This document shows positions 55,920-63,320 of a DNA stretch of 64,000 bases, piece by piece. Under the pieces are notes generated by a model. The model searched no databases, had not been told where the DNA came from, and saw nothing but the letters and a program-made list of their open reading frames with translations. The position numbers and the translations under genes are program-made. Within the stretch, counting starts at the first letter, position 1. Each line of letters begins with the position of its first letter. The DNA is taken from the IMG/VR virus record IMGVR_UViG_3300020202_000001, positions 62,001 to 126,000 of that record. One strand, given 5' to 3'.

Positions 55920-56348
55920 ATGCCACCGCCACTGACGAAGAAGCAGCGGAGCCGCAAGCAGGAGATCAGCGCCGAGTACGCCGAGCTGCTGCTCGCGATG
56001 CAGGAGGCCTGCGAGGCGACGGGCCGCGACTTCAAGACCGAGATGAAACAACTGGTCCGGGTGTGGATGAAGTTCTACTCGCCGGACACGCTACCACCGG
56101 AGGTACCGCAGGATGTCGGATACGGACCCGCCGCCCGGACTGGCGGCGCTGGAGGCCGAGCGGGACGGCTACTCGCCCTGGTACAGGGAGCTGGACTGGC
56201 CGGCGAAGCGGCAGGTGCAGTCGATCCAGTGGGACCTGATCCAGGCCGGCTGGGCGACGCTGACCTTCCCCTACCGGAACGCGATGGCGTGCTGGGTGGA
56301 GGCGTGCCGCCGGTTCCGCACGGGCAACGCGACGAACAAGCCGCCTGA
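55920..56348 (+). CDS. Small helical protein (coding-like part ends near 56115)
   Basis: ATG with upstream GGAGGG; run-on overlap with the next gene. Confidence 0.45.
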   Translation: MPPPLTKKQRSRKQEISAEYAELLLAMQEACEATGRDFKTEMKQLVRVWMKFYSPDTLPPEVPQDVGYGPAARTGGAGGRAGRLLALVQGAGLAGEAAGAVDPVGPDPGRLGDADLPLPERDGVLGGGVPPVPHGQRDEQAA

Positions 56349-56409
56349 GCCGACCGCAGTGGTCGTCTCCGCGCGGCGACTCAACCGCCTGACGAAGTGG
56401 GACGCATAA
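56113..56409 (+). CDS. Hypothetical protein
   Basis: 98 aa; TAATG coupling to the next gene. Confidence 0.5.
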   Translation: MSDTDPPPGLAALEAERDGYSPWYRELDWPAKRQVQSIQWDLIQAGWATLTFPYRNAMACWVEACRRFRTGNATNKPPEPTAVVVSARRLNRLTKWDA

Positions 56410-57890
56410 TGGGCGCTGTCAAGACGAAGGACCTGACCCGCGAGGTGCTGCTCCGGCAGCTGACGAAGATCTCCAAGCTGCGGAAGCGGGACCCGCTCGT
56501 GATCCTGAGCCACGGGCTCGGCGTCGAGACGGCCGCGATCTGGAAGCGGTGGGTCGAGGAGCCCGAGACCCGCCCGTTCAAGAGCTGGGACCGGCTGATC
56601 GTGGTGACCGCCCAGGTCGGCCACGAGCACGCCGAGACCGTGAAGCTGATGGAGGAGCACCAGCTCCCCGAGATGAAGCGGCTGGGCGTGCGGTTCGTCG
56701 AGGTGGCCCGCCGCGGGCACCTGGAGGCGGACGGGATCGTCGTGCTGCAGGACACGCGGGCACCGGAGAAGCTCCACCCCGAGGGGTACTACAAGCTCGG
56801 CGACGAGCTGAAGCACGCCGGCACGGTCCCGCAGTACAGCGGCGAGCACCGCTGCGCGTTGAAGTTCAAAGCCTTCGTCATCGAGACGTGGATGGCGTAC
56901 GAGTTCCGGGGCGACGAGTCCCGGCCGGTCGTCCACGTCTGGGGCTACAACGCCGGGGAGCTGGGCCGCACGGCCAAGAGCGAGAAGTACGTCAGGCAGC
57001 ACAACAAGGACCGCGAGAAGCCGGCCGGCAAGGGGCAGGCCCCGCTCGTCGTGTTCGGGTTCAACAGCGAGGAGCTGGGCCGCGTCGAGCGGTCGCGGAA
57101 GTACGACGGCCCGACCCGCACCGGGCACTACCCGCTGATCGAGTGGGGCTGGGGCCGCCCGGAGTGCCTGGCGTACCTGACCGGGCACTACAAGGTGCTG
57201 TGGATCAAGAGCGCGTGCGGGTTCTGCCCGTTCAACGAGGAGGCGTACAAGGTCACGCAGATCGGCATCGACCGGTTCCGTCGCGACCCCGACGCCACGG
57301 TGGACGGGCTGTTCGTCGAGTTCGTGTCGCTCAGCCTCAACCCCAAGGGCCAGCTCTACCGGGACCGGACGATGGCGTCGGTCGTGGAGGGCGACCCGAA
57401 GCTCGCCCACGTCTGGCGGGCGTTCCAGGCCCGGCTCGACGCCGAGAAGTGGGGCCTGTACCTCGTGCAGCGGATCTTCACGCTCGACCCCCGGCAGACG
57501 CACGTCCGCATGCTGGCGGGCAAGCCGCCCAAGGCCGGCGTCGCGCGGGCGGTGAAGCTGCTGGACGGGAACCTGACCCGGGCGCAGGCGATCGAGGCCC
57601 TCGAACAGTGCGAGATCGAGAGCCTGGCCCACGGGATGCCGGGCGAGGTCGTGACCCGGGAGAAGGGCCTCCACGGCATCGAGTACGTGTACCTGCACAA
57701 GCGGCGGGACTACTACCCGGCCGTCGAGTGCTTCTACGTCGTCTGCCCGGCCGTCGTCGCCGACAAGGTGCGGGGGCCGTGGGAGACGTTCGAGCGGCGG
57801 TTCAAGTCAGCGCTGGCCGCCAAGCGGCCTAAGGCTAAGGTCCTGCCCAAGCTGGTGATCGAGGCCGACGACGACATCTACTTCCGCTGA
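56409..57890 (+). CDS. PP-loop / PAPS-reductase-like protein (DndC-like motif layout)
   Basis: Start ATG 56409; VILSHGLGVETAAI, HRCALKFK, GYNAGE..R, YPLIEWGWGRPEC, IKSACGFCPF. Confidence 0.65.
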   Translation: MGAVKTKDLTREVLLRQLTKISKLRKRDPLVILSHGLGVETAAIWKRWVEEPETRPFKSWDRLIVVTAQVGHEHAETVKLMEEHQLPEMKRLGVRFVEVARRGHLEADGIVVLQDTRAPEKLHPEGYYKLGDELKHAGTVPQYSGEHRCALKFKAFVIETWMAYEFRGDESRPVVHVWGYNAGELGRTAKSEKYVRQHNKDREKPAGKGQAPLVVFGFNSEELGRVERSRKYDGPTRTGHYPLIEWGWGRPECLAYLTGHYKVLWIKSACGFCPFNEEAYKVTQIGIDRFRRDPDATVDGLFVEFVSLSLNPKGQLYRDRTMASVVEGDPKLAHVWRAFQARLDAEKWGLYLVQRIFTLDPRQTHVRMLAGKPPKAGVARAVKLLDGNLTRAQAIEALEQCEIESLAHGMPGEVVTREKGLHGIEYVYLHKRRDYYPAVECFYVVCPAVVADKVRGPWETFERRFKSALAAKRPKAKVLPKLVIEADDDIYFR

Positions 57891-58270
57891 TGGCACTACC
57901 CTTCAGGACGACCGTCCCGGTCGCCAACGTGAACCGCGACGGCTTCAGGGGCGAGCGCCCGCTCCACATCGTCGGCCTGTCCGGCGGCGGGGAGCTGGTG
58001 ATCTGGCTCGGCGACAAGGACGGGCCGGACTGCGGCCGCCTGTTCGTCGAAGCCACGCCGCGCGGGTACCGGGTCGAGTTCTACAAGCCCAACGAGGACG
58101 GCGGCAACGCGATCCTGTCGATCGAGTCCGACGCCGCCCACTGCACGATCTCGGCCGACACCGACGAGCTGCGTGACATCGACGTCGTCACGACCGCCCC
58201 GCCGGTGCGGCTGCGATCGGGGAAGCGGCGGATCGAGACGCTGCCGCCGGACGCACCCGAGGTCAAATGA
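57890..58270 (+). CDS. Hypothetical protein
   Basis: 126 aa; TGATG coupling. Confidence 0.55.
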   Translation: MALPFRTTVPVANVNRDGFRGERPLHIVGLSGGGELVIWLGDKDGPDCGRLFVEATPRGYRVEFYKPNEDGGNAILSIESDAAHCTISADTDELRDIDVVTTAPPVRLRSGKRRIETLPPDAPEVK

Positions 58271-58494
58271 AGCAAGGCACGCTCCCCTTCCCCAAGCCCA
58301 AGCGGGAGAAGCGGGTCAACCTGAACCTCAACGAGCGGCACGTCCTGATCCACGTCATGTCCAACACGGGCACGATGTTGACGGCGAGCGTGCTGGCACG
58401 GACCGTCGCGCGGCTGATCCAGAAGAAGCTGCTCGACGCCGAAGGCAAGATCACGGAGGCCGGGCGTCAGTGGTACGCCCGGCGGAGAGTCTGA
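58267..58494 (+). CDS. Small basic protein, possibly winged-helix
   Basis: ARLIQKKLLDAEGKITEAG resembles a wHTH wing. Confidence 0.45.
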   Translation: MKQGTLPFPKPKREKRVNLNLNERHVLIHVMSNTGTMLTASVLARTVARLIQKKLLDAEGKITEAGRQWYARRRV

Positions 58495-58496
58495 AC

Positions 58497-58859
58497 ATGG
58501 AGCACCCGAACACGGTCGACCTGACCGGCCCGTCCAAGTCTTACATCCACGGCACGATCGAGGGGGACCTGTGGATGGGCGGCAAGGGCACGATGAGTTT
58601 CAACGTCACGCTCGACGAGGGCGACGACATCGCCGACGTCGCCGAGGCGCTGAAGAAGCAGCGGTTCGGCGACTTCCAATCGGGCAGCGTGCAGATCCGC
58701 TTCGCTGCCGTCACGACGGTGTGGCGGCCGGACCCGCAGACGGAGGTGAAGCGGACGGTGGAGCTGACGCCCGGCATGCCCGAGGTGGCCGACCTCTTCA
58801 CCGACGAGCGTCGTGAAGAGTGGGCGGAGGCCCACCCGGAGGAGGCGACCCCCGCGTGA
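58497..58859 (+). CDS. Hypothetical protein (120 aa)
   Basis: Start ATG 58497. Confidence 0.55.
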   Translation: MEHPNTVDLTGPSKSYIHGTIEGDLWMGGKGTMSFNVTLDEGDDIADVAEALKKQRFGDFQSGSVQIRFAAVTTVWRPDPQTEVKRTVELTPGMPEVADLFTDERREEWAEAHPEEATPA

Positions 58860-59026
58860 AGCACCTCATCGTCTTCCTGTGGATCATCAACCCGCGGCGT
58901 GCCGCGGGCTGGCGTGACTTCTACGACAGGTGCGTCGACTGGTGGGCCGGGACCCGCTGGGCCGACTCCATGACGTGGCCCGAACTCGTGCGGGCCGTCG
59001 AGGCGTGGGACGGGTGGCCGCTATGA
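58856..59026 (+). CDS. Trp-rich small protein (56 aa)
   Basis: GTGA overlap with the previous stop. Confidence 0.45.
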   Translation: MKHLIVFLWIINPRRAAGWRDFYDRCVDWWAGTRWADSMTWPELVRAVEAWDGWPL

Positions 59027-59148
59027 CGTTCTTCGCGTTCTGCGACAAACACAAAACGACGGCGGCGGAGCGGAAGGAGTTGGCCTGGTACCTGGCCTTC
59101 CTTCGGCTCCGCCGCACGATCGAGGCGTTGGCCCTGATCCGGGTCTAG
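59023..59148 (+). CDS. 41-aa peptide
   Basis: ATGA overlap; its TAG shares the CTAG at 59145-59148 with the stop of the convergent gene. Confidence 0.45.
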   Translation: MTFFAFCDKHKTTAAERKELAWYLAFLRLRRTIEALALIRV

Positions 59149-60746
59149 TCGTGCCCGGTGCACCGCTCGTAGCGGATCTTCGCGGGGGTGCCGTCCCGCT
59201 TCATCGGGTTGACGATCTTGACCGCGTTCTTCTTGATGTCGACCCGCGGGCCGGCACCGCCGCCCTGGAAGACGAACGTGTCGCCGTCGTCCAGGATGGT
59301 GAAGTTGCTGATGACGAGGTTGTGCAGCCGCCAGTTGTCACGCTCGTCGCCGGCGTCGTCGCGCTCGTAGTTGCGGGCACCGACGTGACCACCCTCGTCC
59401 TTGGCCGGGGCGAGGTGGCCGCTGCACCAGTCGATGAGCGTGTCCTTCGTCTCGTTGACGTCCCACGGGTACGAGTAGCAGTGGAGCCCTTGGCAGCTCT
59501 TGTAGATGAAGTTGAACTCCCGCAGCTCGGCCTCGGTGACGACGGCCTTGCCGTAGGTGTCCGACAGCACGCCGGCCTCGCGGCACAGGGCGATCTTGTC
59601 GTCCATCCCGTTGCTCTTGTCGGTGGAGATCTCGATCTTGTCCCCGGCGGCCGTCCACAGCCGCTTGGGGTCGGCCAGCGTCATGCGGTCGGTGACGCAG
59701 AGGATCATCACCCAGTTCGAGTTGTTGATGTCGCCCCAGCGGGAGGCGTTCTTGCCGTTGCGGATGATGCAGCGGATGTAGAGGGCCGCGTTCGTGCGGG
59801 TCGACTTGCCCTCGCCCGCCCCGTCGCGGTGCCCCTCGTAGTTGCACCCCTCCGTCTCGCAGTCCCAGAAGATCGAGCGGTCGTGCTTGCCGCCGATGCC
59901 CGCAGCCCCGCCGCGCAGGCTCTTCACGCGACGCATGCGGCCGTCGCTCCCGTCCCAGGCGATGTTCACGCCGGCCCCGTCGATCACCAGGCCGTCCGTG
60001 AGGTGCCAGCCGGTGCCGGGCTGGAACATGCCGTTCTTGTTGTCCGGCCCCTTCTTGCCGCCGGTCTTCTTGCCGTCGATCTTGAAGCCGGCCAGGCGGA
60101 CGTTCTTCGCGCCGCGGTGGGCGAAGATCTTCCCGCCCGTGACCTCGAACACCATCTCGCCGTCCTTGCACAGGATGTCGACGTCGTGCTCGGGGTCGAA
60201 GACCGGGTAGTGCCCGGGCTTCGCGAGGAACTTGCCCTTCTTGCCGGTGAAGTTATACCCCGGCTCCACCGTGGTACGATCCCCGGTGTCCGGCGGCGGG
60301 ACCTCGACCTTGAACTCCTCGGGGTCGGCGACGTTGGAGAACTCGGAGTAGCGGGTCACCCCGTCGAGCCCGACCTTCACGCCGCGGACCTTGTACGCGT
60401 ACGGCACGTCCTTCTGAATGGGGAGGCGTTCTTCCCAGAGCGACGCGCCGGCGGGGGCGGTTCCCACGAGCTGCCAGCGTTCGACGCCGTCCGTGACGTC
60501 GTCGTCCCGCCAGACCTCGAACGTCGTGGGCAGCCGGCCGGAGTTGGCCGGGGCCGTGAAGACCAGCTCGACCAGCAGCCCGGTGCCCTCGGCTTCGAGG
60601 CGTGCCTGGAGGTCGGTCGGCTGGACGGGCAGCTCGGGCTGGGGCAGATCGGTCCCCAGCTCGGCGGCCACCTGGTTGATCGCCAGCAGCTGCTGGCCGA
60701 TCGCCTGCGTTGCGGTGTGCAACATCGCGACGTGTGCTCTGCTCAT
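59145..60746 (-). CDS. Fn3-like domain plus right-handed beta-helix (pectate-lyase-like) protein, 533 aa
   Basis: Likely start MSRAHV at 60746; YAYKVRGV..YSEFSN (Fn3-like); Asn/Gly/Cys-ladder repeats; GC3-rich on the minus strand. Confidence 0.6.
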   Translation of the reverse strand: MSRAHVAMLHTATQAIGQQLLAINQVAAELGTDLPQPELPVQPTDLQARLEAEGTGLLVELVFTAPANSGRLPTTFEVWRDDDVTDGVERWQLVGTAPAGASLWEERLPIQKDVPYAYKVRGVKVGLDGVTRYSEFSNVADPEEFKVEVPPPDTGDRTTVEPGYNFTGKKGKFLAKPGHYPVFDPEHDVDILCKDGEMVFEVTGGKIFAHRGAKNVRLAGFKIDGKKTGGKKGPDNKNGMFQPGTGWHLTDGLVIDGAGVNIAWDGSDGRMRRVKSLRGGAAGIGGKHDRSIFWDCETEGCNYEGHRDGAGEGKSTRTNAALYIRCIIRNGKNASRWGDINNSNWVMILCVTDRMTLADPKRLWTAAGDKIEISTDKSNGMDDKIALCREAGVLSDTYGKAVVTEAELREFNFIYKSCQGLHCYSYPWDVNETKDTLIDWCSGHLAPAKDEGGHVGARNYERDDAGDERDNWRLHNLVISNFTILDDGDTFVFQGGGAGPRVDIKKNAVKIVNPMKRDGTPAKIRYERCTGHD

Positions 60747-60793
60747 TCGCGTCCTCTCGTTGTGAACCCACACTCGTACTTTACGTTGCGCTG

Positions 60794-60823
60794 AGGATAC
60801 CGTCCCCCGTTCGGGTGTTGCAA
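60794..60823 (-). promoter_or_regulatory. Candidate sigma-70 promoter TTGCAA-N18-TATCCT for the antisense gene
   Basis: Read on the minus strand about 50 nt upstream of the start; the spacer holds the motif shared with 34280-34299. Confidence 0.5.
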
Positions 60824-60837
60824 GCCCGGGGCCGAGA

Positions 60838-60857
60838 TCCAAAAACCAGTTTTGAGA
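60838..60857. promoter_or_regulatory. Dispersed palindrome, copy 9 (TCCAAAAACCAGTTTTGAGA)
   Basis: In the divergent intergenic region, 12 nt before ATG 60870. Confidence 0.85.
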
Positions 60858-60869
60858 TCGGAGACCACC

Positions 60870-61499
60870 ATGAAGACCAAAACCCTCGCCCTCTGCGTCG
60901 CCCTCCTCGCCCTCGCCGCCGTCGCCCTCGCCCAGGAGACGAAGCCGGCCGCCCCGCCGCACTACGGGATCAAGAGCCCGGACGCCCTGAACGCCTTCCG
61001 GGCGTTCGAGACGGCGGAGCGGGTCGCCCGCAGCGACTACTTCCGGGCCACCGACGAGGGCCGCACCAAGCTCGTCGCCGCCCTGACCGCGTCGATGGAC
61101 CGGGCCACCAAGGCCGGCAACCTCGACGAGGCCGTGCGGCTCCGCGACGCGATCGCCGACCTGAAGGCGGGCAACGCCCCGGCCAAGGGCGAGGCGAACG
61201 GCGGCGGCAAGAAGGAGAAGGGCCGCACGGCCGAGCAGCTGACGAAGACGCTGATCGGCACGAAGTGGGAGAAGTCGGCCCCGGGCGAGCGGCCGTTCGT
61301 CGTCACGCTCCACGAGGACATGACGGCGACGACCTCGCACCACAACTTCCAAGGCACCTGGGTGGCCGTGAACGGCAACACGGTCCGCTTCTCCGTCTCG
61401 ATGAACGGGTGCGGCGGACAGACGATGACGGTCTCGCCGGACGGCAAGCAGCTGTTGCTTCCCGGCGGCAAGGCCGACTTCAAGTTCAAGGACAAGTGA
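60870..61499 (+). CDS. Exported protein with a Sec-type signal peptide (209 aa)
   Basis: MKTKTLALCVALLALAAVALA|QE; helical N-domain and beta C-domain. Confidence 0.7.
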   Translation: MKTKTLALCVALLALAAVALAQETKPAAPPHYGIKSPDALNAFRAFETAERVARSDYFRATDEGRTKLVAALTASMDRATKAGNLDEAVRLRDAIADLKAGNAPAKGEANGGGKKEKGRTAEQLTKTLIGTKWEKSAPGERPFVVTLHEDMTATTSHHNFQGTWVAVNGNTVRFSVSMNGCGGQTMTVSPDGKQLLLPGGKADFKFKDK

Positions 61500-61506
61500 C
61501 AGACCT

Positions 61507-62010
61507 ATGCCCAAGCTGACGAAAGAGATGATCGAGCACGTCGAGGCCGAGTGCCTCATGCTGCTCTCGGCGGAACGCGACTGCTACCACACCTGGCGGA
61601 CCTCGGGCCGGATCGACGCCTACCCGGTCTCCGGGTGGGAGACGGCCGCCGGCCGCACCGGCGGCTACTACAGCGAGGCGTTCGGCATCATGCGGGCGCT
61701 CGTGTCGCTGGGGTACTGCTACTTCGGCCCGAACGCCGGCGGCGACCAGATCGACCAGACGGACCTGAACGCCAACCGGTGGTTCGACCGGCTGAAGGAC
61801 GTGGTGATCGCCAAGGAGATCGAGCTGGCTCCGAAGCCGGGGGAGCCCGGGATCAAGGAGGCGTACGCGTTCTACAACGAGGCGTTCATCCGGCGGACCA
61901 GCAAGCTGTTCCCGGCCCAGCGCCAGGCCCTGCGGCGGGCGGCCGAACGGGCGGCCCGCATGGGTCCCCACGACATCCACGACCCGGGCGACGAGCTTGG
62001 GCTGAAGTGA
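61507..62010 (+). CDS. Hypothetical protein
   Basis: 167-aa ORF. Confidence 0.55.
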   Translation: MPKLTKEMIEHVEAECLMLLSAERDCYHTWRTSGRIDAYPVSGWETAAGRTGGYYSEAFGIMRALVSLGYCYFGPNAGGDQIDQTDLNANRWFDRLKDVVIAKEIELAPKPGEPGIKEAYAFYNEAFIRRTSKLFPAQRQALRRAAERAARMGPHDIHDPGDELGLK

Positions 62011-62017
62011 GGGCCGC

Positions 62018-62776
62018 ATGCCCCTGCCCGCACTGGACGCCGTCGACCGCGAGTTCCGCCGCCCACTACACTCGTTCTTCGCGAGGCGGGTGGGCGGCGG
62101 CAACGCGGACGACGCGGTGCAAGACACGCTCCTGCAGCTCCACCGGATCGCAGACCGGTACGACCCCGCGGTCCCGCTGAGCAAGTGGGTCTTCGGGGTC
62201 GCCAAGAACATCGCGAAGCGGGTCAACCGCTCGCGCGGAAGGCACTACATGGCCAGCATCAACGGAAACGGAAACCCCAACAGCGACAGGACCGGCGTCA
62301 TCGACCCGGTCGACGAGAAGGTGCGGTCGCCGCACGACAACACGATCGCCGAGGAGCTGAAGGCGAAGATCCGCGCCGTCATCCACCAGCTGCCCGACGA
62401 CATGCAGAACGTGGTGAACCTCCACCTGCTGCAGGGGTTCTCGCAGAAGGAGACGGCGAAGCGGCTGAAGTGGGGCGACACGAAGGTCTACAACACGATG
62501 AAGAAGGCCCGGCCGCTGCTCGCCGAGCGGTTCCAGGTCGAGCTGCCCGAGACGTGGCAGGCCCGGGTCCGGGCGGGGGCCAAGGCGCGGCGAGGTCGGG
62601 CGGCGGCGACGCCCCCGCCGAGGTCGCACAAGAAGGGCGGCCGCGTCGCGGCCCTGCTCGCGAGCGTGCCGCCACCGCCGCTCCCCGCCGCCGGCCCGCT
62701 CCCGGTGCCGACGATGGTGAGCACCCTGAAGGAGATCGCCCACCACGCCGCGGCGCTGGCGAGGCTGTTGGAGTAG
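62018..62776 (+). CDS. ECF-type sigma factor with a C-terminal extension
   Basis: ADDAVQDTLL...YDP...LSKWVFGVAKN (region 2); IHQLPDDMQNVVNLHLLQGFSQKETAKRL (region 4). Confidence 0.8.
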   Translation: MPLPALDAVDREFRRPLHSFFARRVGGGNADDAVQDTLLQLHRIADRYDPAVPLSKWVFGVAKNIAKRVNRSRGRHYMASINGNGNPNSDRTGVIDPVDEKVRSPHDNTIAEELKAKIRAVIHQLPDDMQNVVNLHLLQGFSQKETAKRLKWGDTKVYNTMKKARPLLAERFQVELPETWQARVRAGAKARRGRAAATPPPRSHKKGGRVAALLASVPPPPLPAAGPLPVPTMVSTLKEIAHHAAALARLLE

Positions 62777-62780
62777 CCGC

Positions 62781-63320
62781 ATGCCCGACCTCCCCGCCAT
62801 CGACAGCTGGGTGCGCGTCCAGACGCCCTACCGGGGCATCTGGGAGGGTCGCGTCACGCGGCACGCACGCGCGCCCGGCTGTTTCTTCTTCATGCCGAAG
62901 CGGATCAACAACCAAGACCTACCGGCGGGGCACTACGAGAGCCTGAACGAAGCCAGGGCCTTCGCCGTCGACATCGTCGAGGAGAAGGACCTCCCGTGGC
63001 TCCAGCCGGCCCCGCCGCCGGAGGAGGACGAGCCGGTCCCGCCGATCGAGGTGCCGGAGCCGGCGAGGCTGTGGAACGCCCAGAGCCACACGAAGAGCAC
63101 GCCCAGCCCGAAGCGGAAGGTCGTGCCCCGGCACCCGGTCGTCGTGGACGCCGGCGAGGACCCGCCCAAGCCAGTCGAGGCGGTGATCCCGCCGGAACTC
63201 AAGGCTGAAGAGCCGCCGCCGGCACCGCAGAAGCGGGCGAGGCGTCGGATCGACGACCTGCACGAAGGCCCAACCGATGGCCAAGACGAAACAGGGCCAC
63301 AAGGCCCGTCCAATCCGTAA
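62781..63320 (+). CDS. Hypothetical protein with a Pro-rich tail
   Basis: 179-aa ORF. Confidence 0.5.
   Translation: MPDLPAIDSWVRVQTPYRGIWEGRVTRHARAPGCFFFMPKRINNQDLPAGHYESLNEARAFAVDIVEEKDLPWLQPAPPPEEDEPVPPIEVPEPARLWNAQSHTKSTPSPKRKVVPRHPVVVDAGEDPPKPVEAVIPPELKAEEPPPAPQKRARRRIDDLHEGPTDGQDETGPQGPSNP

Noticed and set aside
1253-60857. CRISPR array or MITE/IS interpretation of the repeated palindrome
   Set aside because: Copies are kilobases apart with no spacer structure, no cas or transposase genes and no target-site duplications; two copies lie inside intact genes.
33540-63320. Many 40-236-nt same-strand overlaps (at 33540, 39816, 40336, 42465, 48629, 52995, 53245, 56113, 63277), first suspected to reflect recoding or an alternative genetic code
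   Set aside because: All are in the same phase, with the start codon at position 2 of an upstream codon. A stop in that phase needs T at a downstream third position, which GC3 bias makes rare. Other genes end normally at TAA, TAG and TGA.
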